From: Octopus sinensis
Taxonomy: Eukaryota
Assembly (NCBI RefSeq): GCF_006345805.1
Contig: NW_021824259.1
Coordinates: 1-23,743 of the forward strand
Reading direction: 5' to 3'
DNA: 23,743 bases
The number at the start of each line of letters is the position of its first letter. The first letter of the stretch is position 1. A program made the translations under genes and the position numbers. This document shows, piece by piece, positions 10,821-21,069 of this stretch. The notes under the pieces were generated by a model. It did no database searches, was not told the DNA's origin, and worked only from the letters and a program-made list of their open reading frames with translations.

Positions 10821-10891
10821 TGCAACCAAATATGGATATATATACATACATACATGCATGCACTCGTATCTTTTGGTTTTGTTTTCTTTTG

Positions 10892-11100
10892 TTTTTACTT
10901 GTTTCAGTCATCAGATTGCGGCCAAGCGGGAGCAGCACTTTGAAGGATTTTCAATCGAACTAAGCAACTCCGGTGTTTACTTCATTTTTAAGCCAGTTAC
11001 TTTTTCTATCGATCTCTTGTTGCCGAAACGCAATGTTATGGGGATGAAAGCACACCAACACCGTTCGTCAAGCGAGCCGGAAGACAAACAAACACACACA
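10892..11100 (-). mobile_element. 3' half of SINE family S1
   Basis: The reverse complement matches the S1 tail (GGTGTTGGTGTG...TTTCGGCAA...GGCCGCA...GACTGAAACAAGTAAAA). Confidence 0.75.
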
Positions 11101-11109
11101 CACACACGA

Positions 11110-11326
11110 ATGTGTGTGTGTATTTGTGTTTGATCTCCCACCGCCTGATAACCGGTGTCGGTTTGTTCACACTAACCCGTAACATTAGAGGTTCGGCATT
11201 AGACACTGATACAAAATGTACCAGTCTTGAATGGAAATAAATACTAGGGATGGTTTGTTCTCGACTAAACCCTACAAAGCGGTGCCCCATCATGGCCGCG
11301 GTCCAACCACTGAGACAAGTAAAAGA
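11110..11326 (+). mobile_element. 3' half of SINE family S1
   Basis: ACCGGTGTCGGTTTGTT...GGTTCGGCA...GCGGTGCCCCATCATGGCCGC...GAGACAAGTAAAAGA. Confidence 0.75.
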
Positions 11327-11634
11327 TGAGCAAAAATTGAAGTAAAATTGTTGATCAGGAAGTCCTGGACTTAACCTGAGTGATGACTAAGAGGAACTAA
11401 TCAGAAAAGGAAAGGGTAACATGGGGCCGAAAATTGGGAATTTGTAAACGACATTTTAAAATCGTCTTATGTATGTTTCCCACCGAGTAACACCGGGTAA
11501 CCCTGTGAGTATTTATTATGTAATATTCGTATGAGTATCAAATTTTGCACGAAAGAACCTGTTCTCTTTTCCTGTTCTAGATTAAAGCTCATTAATGTCT
11601 TTTGTGATTTAACCATTAATAAGTAGATTCTAAT

Positions 11635-11930
11635 TAGACATACATACATACATGCATACATATATACATACATACATACTCACATACACACATGCATGCA
11701 TACAAGCATACATACATACATATATACATATATATACATACCTTCATGCATATATGTAAATGCACACACTTGCACATATAGTATAGATACACACACACAT
11801 GTATAGAGGTATGTACATATATACATAAACACACACACATACACACACACGCGCGCGCGTCATACACACACACGCATATATATATATACAGGTACGTGTA
11901 TGTACATAGATGTTTTGTCTGTGTGTGTGC

Positions 11931-11968
<38 letters not shown>

Positions 11969-12125
11969 ATGTATATATATAAATATTATATATATTTATA
12001 TATATATTATATATGTATATATATATATATGATACATAATATATATAAATATATATATTATATTATATATTATGCATATCCACACACGTATGCATATACG
12101 TATATACCCACACACATAAAACCAC
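11635..12125. repeat. (TACA)n / (CA)n / (TA)n microsatellite block
   Basis: Directly visible. Confidence 0.95.
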
Positions 12126-12461
12126 TCATATATGCGTAACCATGCACACACGAGAAACCAGATATGGCAAAATAACTTAGGTCGGCGCTCTACAGATTCT
12201 GCAATTTCATTTGTATATTTAATGAGTTCGTATCTAACCTTTCTAAATCTCTTCTCAGTCAGATTGAAATTTCTTAACGAACTCTCCTTCCACAATGTTC
12301 CAAATTCTGTTTTCATTTTCAGCTGTTTACGTCACTATGAAAACTCATTTTAGAAAGTGACTTAATTTGAAGCTTGCTTAATTTAAAACTTAATTAATTC
12401 GAGGCTTATCTAATTTGAAGTGAATTAATTCGAGGTTTATTTATTACACAGGTGGGTCTAT

Positions 12462-12875
<414 letters not shown>

Positions 12876-13073
12876 TCCTTTCTGCTATAGGTACAAGGCC
12901 GGCAATTTTTGGTTACAACGATACCAGTGATCACCTGGTACTTATTTTTATTGATCCTGAAAGGATGAATGATGTCGACCCCGGCTGAATGGGAACTTCA
13001 GAACGCAAAGACGGACGAAATGCTTAGAGGCATTTCGTCCGATGTGCTAACGATTCTGCCAGCTAGCCGCCTT
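12876..13073 (-). mobile_element. SINE family S2 abutting a (TAA)n/(TGA)n array
   Basis: TCCTTTCTGCTATAGG...CTGGTACTTATTTT...GAAAGGATGAA...GACGGACGAAAT...TCTGCCAGCTAGCCGCCT. Confidence 0.85.
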
Positions 13074-13159
13074 AAGTTGGCCCAGGCGTGATTTGAGTTC
13101 AAAATACGTCAAGCCGGTATTTCGCCCGATCTGCCAATTCATCGAGTAACAATAATAAT

Positions 13160-13381
13160 GATACTGGTTTCAAATTTCGGCACAAGGCCTGCAATTTCAG
13201 GGGAGCGGATAAATCGATTGCATCGACCCCCGAGTGTTTCTCTGGTACTTTCTTTATCGACCCCGAAAGGATGAAAGGCAAAGTCAATCTCGACGAAATT
13301 TGATCTCAGAAAGTAAAGACGGACGAAATACTGCTAAGTATTCTGTCCAGAGTGCTAATGATTCTGCCTATATCGCCACCT
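13160..13381 (-). mobile_element. SINE family S2
   Basis: ATCGACCCCGAAAGGATGAAAGGCAAAGTC...GATCTCAGAAAGTAAAGACGGACGAAATAC; preceded by a short TAA run. Confidence 0.85.
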
Positions 13382-14340
13382 CATTATAAAAGTCTATATT
13401 ATAATGACTGAAGAAGTGCGGGACTGTGTCCAGTTTATTCTTTCACGCGTTATTAAAAAAAGTTATATTACTTTGAAAAAATTATGAATAAATATTAAAA
13501 AAATTAAACTACAAAGTTTATTTGTATATTAAACATAAATTATGATGCTTAATATTACAAGATTCGCTTCTGTTTTAAATGTCAACTTCCGTTTGAATTC
13601 CATATGTAAACAAATAGCTTTTCTTCGGATCCGTAAATTGTAATATAGCGACCCCCCCCCCCAAAAAAAAAACAAAAAATGAGTAAATTATTTTGAAAAG
13701 TATTAGTGCAAAAATAAGAATCCCTATCTAACAGAATTATACTGCGGTCATGCTGGAGTACCACCTTGAAATTATTTAGTCAATAATATCATCTCCCATC
13801 ACAATTCTCCGCACATGGTCAGATGTATGTTACATTATCAAGAGCGTCAAGAAGAGAAAATATAAAAATATTAACCGAGGTAAATAAAAAGGGGTCCATT
13901 TGCTGACAACTGTGTGTGCAAAAAATTCTACAGTGATGTGAGACATTCATTACTCTCTTTAAATTGAAATGTATTTAAGTTTATTTTTAATTGCTACAAA
14001 AAGGACACTAGAAACACTTAAGATGTCTATAAGAGAACATAAAACAACAATATAGCAAAATTCAACTCTTCATATTGGTTAATATAATTCATTAAATCCC
14101 ACCAGAGCATCTATTTTCCACTTAAGTGAAGATGCATGAACATTTTCCCTTGACAGTCTCATCTCTTTTCCAATTTTCATTATCGTCTTTTTTAAATGTA
14201 TCATGGATTATTTTACTGATTGCAGAATAAACTATAACATAATCTGTGTTCAATTCATGAGCATATTGTCAATTTACTCTATAATTTATGTATCATATCT
14301 ATATGTATATATAATATCAATATGCGCAACACTTATGCCA

Positions 14341-14341
<1 letters not shown>

Positions 14342-14382
<41 letters not shown>

Positions 14383-14432
14383 TAATAATAATAATAATAA
14401 TAATATAATAATAATTATAATAATAATATAAA
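14342..14432. repeat. (TAA)n microsatellite
   Basis: Directly visible. Confidence 0.97.
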
Positions 14433-14436
14433 ATAC

Positions 14437-14834
14437 GGGCTACAGTTCTGCTCAATACCACAGTCCCTTAGTGGCTGACGATATGTGCATCTCTCATCAC
14501 GAGCAGAAGTAGTGAGGGAGCATCATAGCCATGTATTGAGAGGAATTCTTTAGGGTTTGGATAATCCACCTTTGCAAACATGGGTGTTTTGTTCATCATC
14601 CTTAAACAGCCCTTGTTCAGGGACCTTTTCAGTGGGAACGATTATTCGACCTGAAGAGAATTATAGCTAGGCCCCCACCTGCAAGATCATGTGCTGTTTA
14701 TCTTGATATGAGATCATTATGTCGCGCACATATAGTTGTGATGCATGTGCCTGGTGACCCTTATCAGAAGGGTAGACATAATGGGTATACTAGGCTTCGT
14801 GTCACTTTGATGGCATGCACTGCTCTGTCACTCC
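14437..14834. mobile_element. Unclassified interspersed repeat lodged in the TAA array
   Basis: GC-richer non-coding block between (TAA)n and the Dong-like fragment. It resembles a common Octopus repeat as I recall it (not verifiable here) and has an internal hairpin ACCCTT-ATCAG-AAGGGT. Confidence 0.4.
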
Positions 14835-14840
14835 ATAAAT

Positions 14841-15398
14841 AAGGGATATATTCACAGACACGACAGAGTTGAGACCTATATATACTGGAAGCTATGCCAA
14901 CACTATGAAATAACAACAAAAAGATGGTATAGGCACACCCCAGAAAAGGTGACTGAAAATGAGAAAGCAACCATACTCAGGGATATGCCAATACACACAT
15001 AGATAAATTAAGGCCAATAGGCCGGATATAGCTGTCAGAGATCACCAAAGTAAAAAAAAAAAGCTTTCTAATCGATGTAACAATACCAACAGATGACAAC
15101 GTTTCTCCAACACAAACAGAAAAACATTTTCAAGTACAAAAACCTGGAAATAGAGGAGCCTAAAAACTGAAACAATTCCTGTCATAGTAGGCGCATTAGG
15201 CATGTTAAAAAACATTCAGATAAATACATAACAAAACACCAGGACTTACAAGTATATATAACATACAGAAAATAGCACTACTAGGCACTGCACACATCCT
15301 ACGTAAACACTTTCAGTACAGTAAAAATAAGAGCACCACCACAAACCACAGCACATACCCAAGGCACACAGAGCTGCGCTCGGTAGTACAGTGAAAGC
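14841..15398 (+). mobile_element. Dong/R4-like RLE retrotransposon 3' fragment (copy A)
   Basis: HRHDRV..YIYWKLCQHYEITTKRWYRHTPEKVTENEKATIL.DMPIHT / KANRPDIAVRD..FLIDVTIPTDDNVS..EK / KYKNLEIE / IVGALGM / IQKIALLGTAHILRK, followed by a 3' UTR. Confidence 0.9.
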
Positions 15399-15669
15399 GA
15401 TTCGAGGGTGAAGTGTAAGGAAACAGAATAGAGTGAGAAATACCACCCACAGCGGGACGAGATAGGAAAGTTATGGGGCATGAGGAAAGTAATGGTGAAA
15501 CCGGTGGTAATTGGAGCATTAGGAGCAGTTTCCAAGGGCTTTGGAAAACATTAAAAATATTGGAGCTGCTGTCCGGCTCGAAGTTAACTAGAAGACAGCA
15601 TTCTTAGGTACTGTTATTGCCTGCTTTCAAGTAAAGAACAACCGGTAATTAAGGATTACCCGAGAGTCT

Positions 15670-15670
<1 letters not shown>
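15399..15670 (+). mobile_element. Dong/R4-like RLE retrotransposon 3' fragment (copy B, distinct subfamily)
   Basis: DSRVKCKETE*SEKYHPQRDEIGKLWGMRKVMVKPVVIGALGAVSKGFGKH / IGAAVRLEVN*KTAFLGT, then a short UTR and (TAA)n. Confidence 0.8.

Positions 15671-15727
<57 letters not shown>
15671..15727. repeat. (TAA)n microsatellite
   Basis: Directly visible. Confidence 0.97.
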
Positions 15728-15728
<1 letters not shown>

Positions 15729-15942
15729 CCTTTCTACTATAGGCACAATGCCTGAAATTTAGGAGGATGTGGACTAGTCGATTACATCGACCCCAATGTC
15801 TCACTGGTATTTAATTTATCGATCTCCGAAATGATAAAAAGCAAAGTCGATCTCGTTGGAATTTGAACTGAGAACGTATATACTGACGGAATACCGCTGA
15901 GCATTTTGTTCGCAGTACGAATACTTCTGCCATCTTGCCGCT
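15728..15942 (-). mobile_element. SINE family S2 abutting (TAA)n
   Basis: TCCTTTCTACTATAGGCACAATGCCTGAAATTT...CTAGTCGATTACATCGACCCC...TTTGAACTGAGAACG...TCTGCCATCTTGCCGC. Confidence 0.85.
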
Positions 15943-16079
15943 TTGGTATGATGACAATGATCATAACAACAACAACATGACGGAGACAGTGACAAAAAAA
16001 GAAAAAAACAATAACGACGGCGACATCGACAATAATAGCAACATCATTAACAATGATGTCAGCAACATTGGCATGTATT

Positions 16080-16302
16080 ATGTGTGTGTGTGTGTGTATG
16101 TGAGTGTATGTGTGTGTGTGTTTATGTGTGTGTGTATGTGTGTGTGTGTATGTGTGTGTGGTGTGTGTGTGTGTGTGTAGATTCATCTCCACACCATTGT
16201 CCACTATTTATAAAGGTTCCAAATTTGGACATTCAGTCCTCACGACTGCCTCAAATATGTATTTTAATCTGACACCACCACCAGCACCACCCCAGCACCA
16301 GC

Positions 16303-16333
<31 letters not shown>

Positions 16334-16520
16334 CCACCACAACCACCACCACCACTACCACCGCCGACACTACTACTTACTACTACTATACTACTAATAA
16401 TAATAATAATAAGGATGATAATAATAATAATAATAATAATGAAGCGGTGGAAGACGATTATGATGGTGATAAAAATAATAATAGTAATAATAGTGACAAC
16501 ACCACCACCAACAACAACAG
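16080..16520. repeat. (TG)n and compound (CAC)n/(TAC)n/(TAA)n microsatellites
   Basis: Directly visible; produces the poly-His, poly-Gly and poly-Ile pseudo-ORFs. Confidence 0.95.
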
Positions 16521-16845
16521 CAAAAATGACAATATGTACAATAAGAATAAGAAGCGTCAGTGAGTGAGATACCATAATGTTGAGGAACAGAAATAGAAAG
16601 AAATTAAGTTTGCATCAACTAAAAACTTTGGTATTTTATTTCGGACAAAATAAGAAGGAAAAAAAGAAATAAACAACAAGACAAGCGGACCAAAAATACA
16701 AAAAAAAATCATAACAAAAAACTAAAAACTCCCATGATCAAACGGCAATGTAGCTTGTATATATATATATATTTATATATTTGTATATATAAATATAATA
16801 GCAGAGTAGCCGTATACACAAGCGTAGATAATATATATATTATAT

Positions 16846-16988
16846 ATTGAAAACTGACTTATGGAAGTCCACATGAAGATTGTCGATCAAGACAAGAAAC
16901 AATTGTAGTGGGTTTTTTGACTATTATTAAAATTTATGTATTGATAAGTCTTTCCTTGTTTGTTTTGCCAAATAGTGGTTTTGTCTCT
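16846..16988 (+). mobile_element. Penelope-like 3' terminal fragment with a hammerhead, in (TA)n
   Basis: Hammerhead motif at 16865-16915, followed by a tail ending AAATAGTGGTTTTGTCTC that is shared with 861-920. Confidence 0.65.
16865..16915 (+). ncRNA. Type I hammerhead ribozyme with one core substitution (C3->A)
   Basis: AAGTCCAC-ATGAAGA-TTGTC-GATCAA-GACAA-GAA-ACAATTGT-A-GTGGGTTT. Stem I is 8 bp with wobbles, stem II is a perfect 5 bp, stem III is palindromic, and the GUA site ends at 16907. Confidence 0.7.
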
Positions 16989-16999
16989 ATAATATTTTA

Positions 17000-17191
17000 T
17001 ATATATATATATACATACACGCACACATACACATAGTCACCGATTGCGCGTTCATATGAGATAAAAACATACATCTGAATATTACATGTATATATCTATG
17101 TATGTATATACTGTATATGTATATGAATATCTAATATCTATCTATCTATATATGATATATAATTATATATATATATATGATATATATATAT

Positions 17192-17232
<41 letters not shown>

Positions 17233-17242
17233 TACATATATA

Positions 17243-17293
<51 letters not shown>

Positions 17294-17346
17294 ATATATA
17301 TATATATATTATAACTATATAATATATAGATATATATATATATATA
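17000..17346. repeat. (TA)n-rich microsatellite
   Basis: Directly visible. Confidence 0.95.
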
Positions 17347-17540
17347 CTAGCAGAGACAGATGGAGACGCAGGAAGATCGAAACCCCCCCGCAAACGACCA
17401 ATGACTGACTATATTTGCGACCGTTGCAGCCGAGACTGTCACTCACGCATTGGCCTTGTCAGTCACAAGCGATGCTGCAACACCAATCCAATCCTAGGCT
17501 CAGGTCTATAGTCTCTGGAGACTAACGGATGCTAATTATC
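17347..17540 (+). mobile_element. RTE-clade LINE extreme 3' fragment
   Basis: 17401-17511 encodes MTDYICDRCSRDCHSRIGLVSHKRCCNTNPILGSGL*, matching the C-terminal CxxC...SxIGLxSHxR zinc-finger-like motif of RTE elements. The tail reads TATAGTCTCTGGAGACTAACGGATGC. Confidence 0.8.
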
Positions 17541-17559
17541 AGTCATATATATATAAATA

Positions 17560-17948
17560 TATATATATAATTGTTAAAGACGACAATAAAGTTTAAGTCA
17601 AGGCAAACAACTCAAGTCATATAAATTAGTATTATTGGAAAAAAATTCAAAGTTTTACAACTGTCTTGGGGGTATCCCAGAGTATGGGCTATTCCGTCAT
17701 CGGAGACAAATAAGGAAAATGAGAAGGACATGAAATTAATGAAATGCCGACATAGAGGACAGGAGTAAAGGAATAAGAAGATGAAGAGATGAAAAAAGAG
17801 AAGCATAAAAGTTCCCAGTTCAACCTTTCGATGTTGTAGAAATAAGTCCTAGGTGCAATTCTGCATAGATCCATGTGGGTTAAAGTTCTAATATTGTAAA
17901 CAACCAGAAAAAAGACGCGAACATTTCAACGTTCAATAACAGAACGCT
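17560..17948 (-). mobile_element. Penelope-like element 3' end: possible GIY-YIG C-terminal remnant, pyrimidine-rich UTR, degenerate hammerhead, tail into (TA)n
   Basis: Minus strand gives FW / IRTLT / PHG across two frameshifts (compare the PLE GIY-YIG tail FWI..L.TL.P.GLN). A CCGATGA...ACAGTTGT-A motif lies at 17652-17707. Confidence 0.5.
17652..17707 (-). ncRNA. Degenerate type I hammerhead-like motif
   Basis: GTCT-CCGATGA-CGGAATAGCCC-ATACTCT-GGGATACCCC-CAAG-ACAGTTGT-A-AAAC. The GAAA is corrupted and U4 is C. Confidence 0.4.
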
Positions 17949-18102
17949 GATATATATATATATATATAATTAAGATATAAATTCAAATTAGGCAATCATA
18001 CTTATAGAATTATAAATTCGACTTGCGTATACATATATTAATGCATATCGACACATATGAATACTTTTAAAAGGATCAAGAAAGTGATTTTATGAGGATA
18101 CG

Positions 18103-18191
18103 TTTCCTGATGAAGAGGACGTTGTGCAAATGATTTGTAAGATTTGTTAATTTTTCTACCAGGACGTGAACTCTAGAAACGGCCGTTGAAA
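18103..18191 (+). ncRNA. Type I hammerhead-like motif with long stem II
   Basis: TTTC-CTGATGA(18107-18113)-AGAG...CTCT-A-GAA-ACGGCCGT-T-GAAA. Stem III is a perfect palindrome, the triplet is GUU, and there is one unpaired A before GAAA. Confidence 0.55.
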
Positions 18192-18305
18192 GTGAACCTC
18201 CTCGAACTGCATTATATACCTTATATACCATTTGTATGTTTTAAAAACACACCCATACATATCCCACATATGTTTTATTTACATGAATTTTTATGTATAT
18301 TTAGT

Positions 18306-18505
18306 GACCGCGTGTGTACCGTTGGCGATTTTTTTCCTCCGTCTTCCCTTTTCTGGATCTTTCCTTTTCCTATGTTTCTGACGAAGAGCCCCACTCGAAA
18401 CGTAAAACCTTCCTTCTTCCCTTCCTTCCTGAGCGTCCAATAATACTATATTTGTTCCACGTCCTCGCGTTGTTGTGTTTTCTCTTGGTGTTTTCATGTT
18501 TGGAT

Positions 18506-18510
<5 letters not shown>
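18306..18510 (+). mobile_element. Penelope-like pLTR fragment, same family as 5975-6166
   Basis: Long co-linear similarity starting GACCGCGTGTGTACCGTTGGCGATTTTTT and ending GGATTAACTATATA. Confidence 0.75.
18374..18408 (+). ncRNA. Minimal type I hammerhead ribozyme with intact core
   Basis: GTTT-CTGACGA-A-GAG-CCCCA-CTC-GAA-ACGT-A-AAAC. The GUA site ends at 18404, stem III is the palindrome ACGT, and there is an extra A after A9, a variant I recall from PLE hammerheads. Confidence 0.7.
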
Positions 18511-18544
<34 letters not shown>

Positions 18545-19223
18545 TCATATTTCATAAATATTTTTAAATGTGTTCATATGTGTCGATATGTATTAATACA
18601 CACACACGCGCACACGCACGCATACACACACACACACGCACACTCATATATATATACGTATCTTAAGTCGAAGTTATAAATGTATGAGTATGATTGCCTG
18701 CCTATTTTGAGTTTATAACTTTTGTCTCGGGTTCGACTCGAGTACTTCTTTTTAGCAGTTCTATCTATTTCGTAAGAAAGAACAATAATAATTTATACAT
18801 ACATACATACATATATACATACATACATACATACATATATTTTATTTTTATTTTTTTTATTTTATCTAGTTTCAGCTCACGAGCTGTGGCCATGCTGGGG
18901 CACCGTCTTATATACTCTATTATATATATGATATATTATATATTACTGTTATACAAATTACCAAAAGCCTCATCAGTGGCAAAATGAAGTAGGAAACAAT
19001 AATACTAAAGATGCTGACATAGATGCTTGAGATTATGTCTCCACAAAACATGAAGGAGCCACGAGAAAACCACATTAATAACAACGAGTACAACCACGCC
19101 AATGTCAATAGCAGTAATGCGTGTTACAATCCTGGGTCGTAAATCAGGGTTAAACAGTCTGTGGCTAGTCTTTTGTGAAGTTACATGGTAAGGGGTGACT
19201 GGCAATCCACTATATATATATAT

Positions 19224-19466
19224 AGAAAAGTAATCAGCTTTCTCTGGTCGGAAGGTGTGCCAGGTGTTGAAATTCATGGGAGGCTTTTAGCACAATTCGG
19301 GGACAGTGTACTACCACGTAGAAGTGTGTATGAGTGGATCGAGAAGTTTAAAAGTGGCCAGACAAGCGTGACGCACAAAGAGGTAGCAGGATGCTCGTCA
19401 ACCTCCACCACTGGTGAGAAGATTCAGCAAGTTCGAGAGATGGCAATGGTGAAACGGTTCACCATT
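19224..19466 (+). pseudogene. Mariner (Tc1/mariner) transposase N-terminal HTH fragment
   Basis: RKVISFLWSEGVPGVEIHGRLLAQFGDSVLPRRSVYEWIEKFKSGQTSVTHKEVAGCSSTSTTGEKIQQVREM matches the mariner paired/HTH pattern (VYEWxxxFKxGRxSxxDxxRxGRP). No DDD domain or TIRs are seen. Confidence 0.9.
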
Positions 19467-19538
19467 TCCATCTCTCGGATTACTGCTCTTTGTTTTTCTT
19501 TGGTGTATATTGCTTGTGGAGCGGCCATACTCACCACA

Positions 19539-19950
19539 CTGGCAGTGTGGTAAGAAGCTTGCTTTTCAATCACATGGTTCAAGGTTCAGTCCCACTGCAT
19601 AGCACTTTGGGCGAGTAACTTCTGCTATGGCCGAGAGCCGACCAAAGTGTTGTGAATGGATATGGGGTGATGGAAACCGAAAGAAGCCCGACGCATATAC
19701 ATGTGTGTGTGTGTATGTATGCGGGTGTGTGTATTTGTGTGTTTGTGTTTGCCACTCAGCAGTTGATAACTGGTGTGGATTTGTTTACATCACCATAACT
19801 TAGCGGTTCGACAGAAAAAAACATTAGAATAAGAACCAGGTTTTAATAAATAAGTACCGTAGTCGATTCGTTCGACCGAAAACCCCTTCAAAGCAATGCC
19901 ACAGCATGGCCGCAGACCAATGACTGACACAAGTTAAAAATAGAAATAAA
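19539..19950 (+). mobile_element. SINE family S1
   Basis: TGGCAGTGTGGTAAGAAGCTTGC...GGTTCAGTCCCACTG...CAGCATGGCCGCAG...AAGTTAAAAA. Confidence 0.85.
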
Positions 19951-20325
19951 ACATCTCCTTTACTCCTTAAATAGTTCATCAGCTCGCGAGCCGTGGCCAT
20001 GCTGGGGCACCGTCATTATATATATATATATTATATAGATATATATCCCTGTTATACAAATTACCAAAAGCCTCATCAGTGGCAAAATGAAGTAGGAAAA
20101 ATAATACTAAAGATGCTGACATAGATGCTTGAGATTATGTCTCCACAAAACATTGAAGGAGCCACGAGAGAAAACCACATATTATACAACGAGTAAACAC
20201 GCCATGTCAATAGCAGTAATGCGTGTACAATCCTGGGTCCGTAAATCAGGGTTAAACAGTCTGTGGCTAGTCTTGTGAAGTTACATGGTAAGGGGTGACT
20301 GGCAATCCACTATATATATATATAT

Positions 20326-20578
20326 AGAAAAGTAAATCAGACTTTCTCTGGTCGGAAGGTGTGCCAGGTGTTGAAATTCATGGGAGGCTTTTAGCACAAT
20401 TCGGGGACAGTGTACTACCACGTAGAAGTGTGTATGAGTGGATCGAGAAGTTTAAAAGTGGCCAGACAAGCGTGACGCCAAAGAGTGGTAGCAGGATGCT
20501 CGTCAACCTCCACCACTGGTGAGAAGATTCAGCAAGTTCGAGAGATGGCAATGGATTTGAAACGGTTTCCCATTTCAT
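20326..20578 (+). pseudogene. Duplicate mariner HTH fragment, frameshifted
   Basis: Copy of 19224-19466 with extra single-base indels. Confidence 0.85.
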
Positions 20579-20643
20579 CTTCGGAGTACTGCTCTTTGTT
20601 TTCTTTGGTGTATATGGCTTGTGGAGCGGCCATACTCACCACA

Positions 20644-21069
20644 CTGGCAGTGTGGTAAGAAGCTTGCTTTTCAATCACATGGTTCAGGTTCAGTCCCAAT
20701 GCATAGCACTTTGGGCGAGTAACTTGCTATGGCCGAGAGCCGACCAAGTGTTGTGAATGTGAATGGATGGGGGGTGATGGAAACCGAAAGAAGCCCGACG
20801 CATATAAATGTGGTGTGTGTATGTACTGCTGTGGGTTGTGTGTGTGTATTTGTGTGTTTGTGTTTGCCACTCAGCAGTTGATTTAAACTGGGTGGGATTT
20901 GTTTACATCACCATAACTTAGCGTTCGACAGAAAAAAACATTAGAATAAGAACCAGGTTTAATAAATAAGTACCGTAGTCGATTCGTTCGACCGCGAACA
21001 CCCCTTCAAAGCAATGCCACAGCATGGCCGCAGACCAATGACTGACACAAGGTAAAAATAGAAATAAAA
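20644..21069 (+). mobile_element. SINE family S1 (duplicate of 19539-19950)
   Basis: Part of the second tandem unit. Confidence 0.85.

Larger units (their letters stand above)
17972..18730 (+). mobile_element. Penelope-like insertion with an inverted terminal duplication, enclosing two hammerheads and a nested pLTR
   Basis: Left arm 17972-18072 is inversely repeated in 18562-18721: 34/37 identity for 18036-18072 vs 18562-18598, and 31/35 for the outer segment starting at 17990. The right end is TTTTGTCTCG, as in the other PLE tails. Confidence 0.6.

Noticed and set aside
11505-11580. 76-nt GTGAGT...TTCCTGTTCTAG intron-like segment
   Set aside because: The flanking sequence has stops in all frames within short distances, so no exon pair can be supported without RNA data.
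16104-16575. Poly-His and poly-Gly ORFs resembling transcription-factor low-complexity regions
   Set aside because: These come from a pure (CAC)n/(TAC)n/(TAA)n microsatellite with no flanking domain or splice support.
18960-18985. CTGATGAGGC on the minus strand (duplicated near 20095)
   Set aside because: There is no matching GCC-GAAA half before the TA tract; at most it is a truncated remnant.
19446-19465. ATGGTGAA-ACGG-TTCACCAT hairpin at the end of the mariner fragment
   Set aside because: It lies within sequence still alignable to the mariner MVMANRRVTI-like segment and is not preserved in the duplicate; probably chance.
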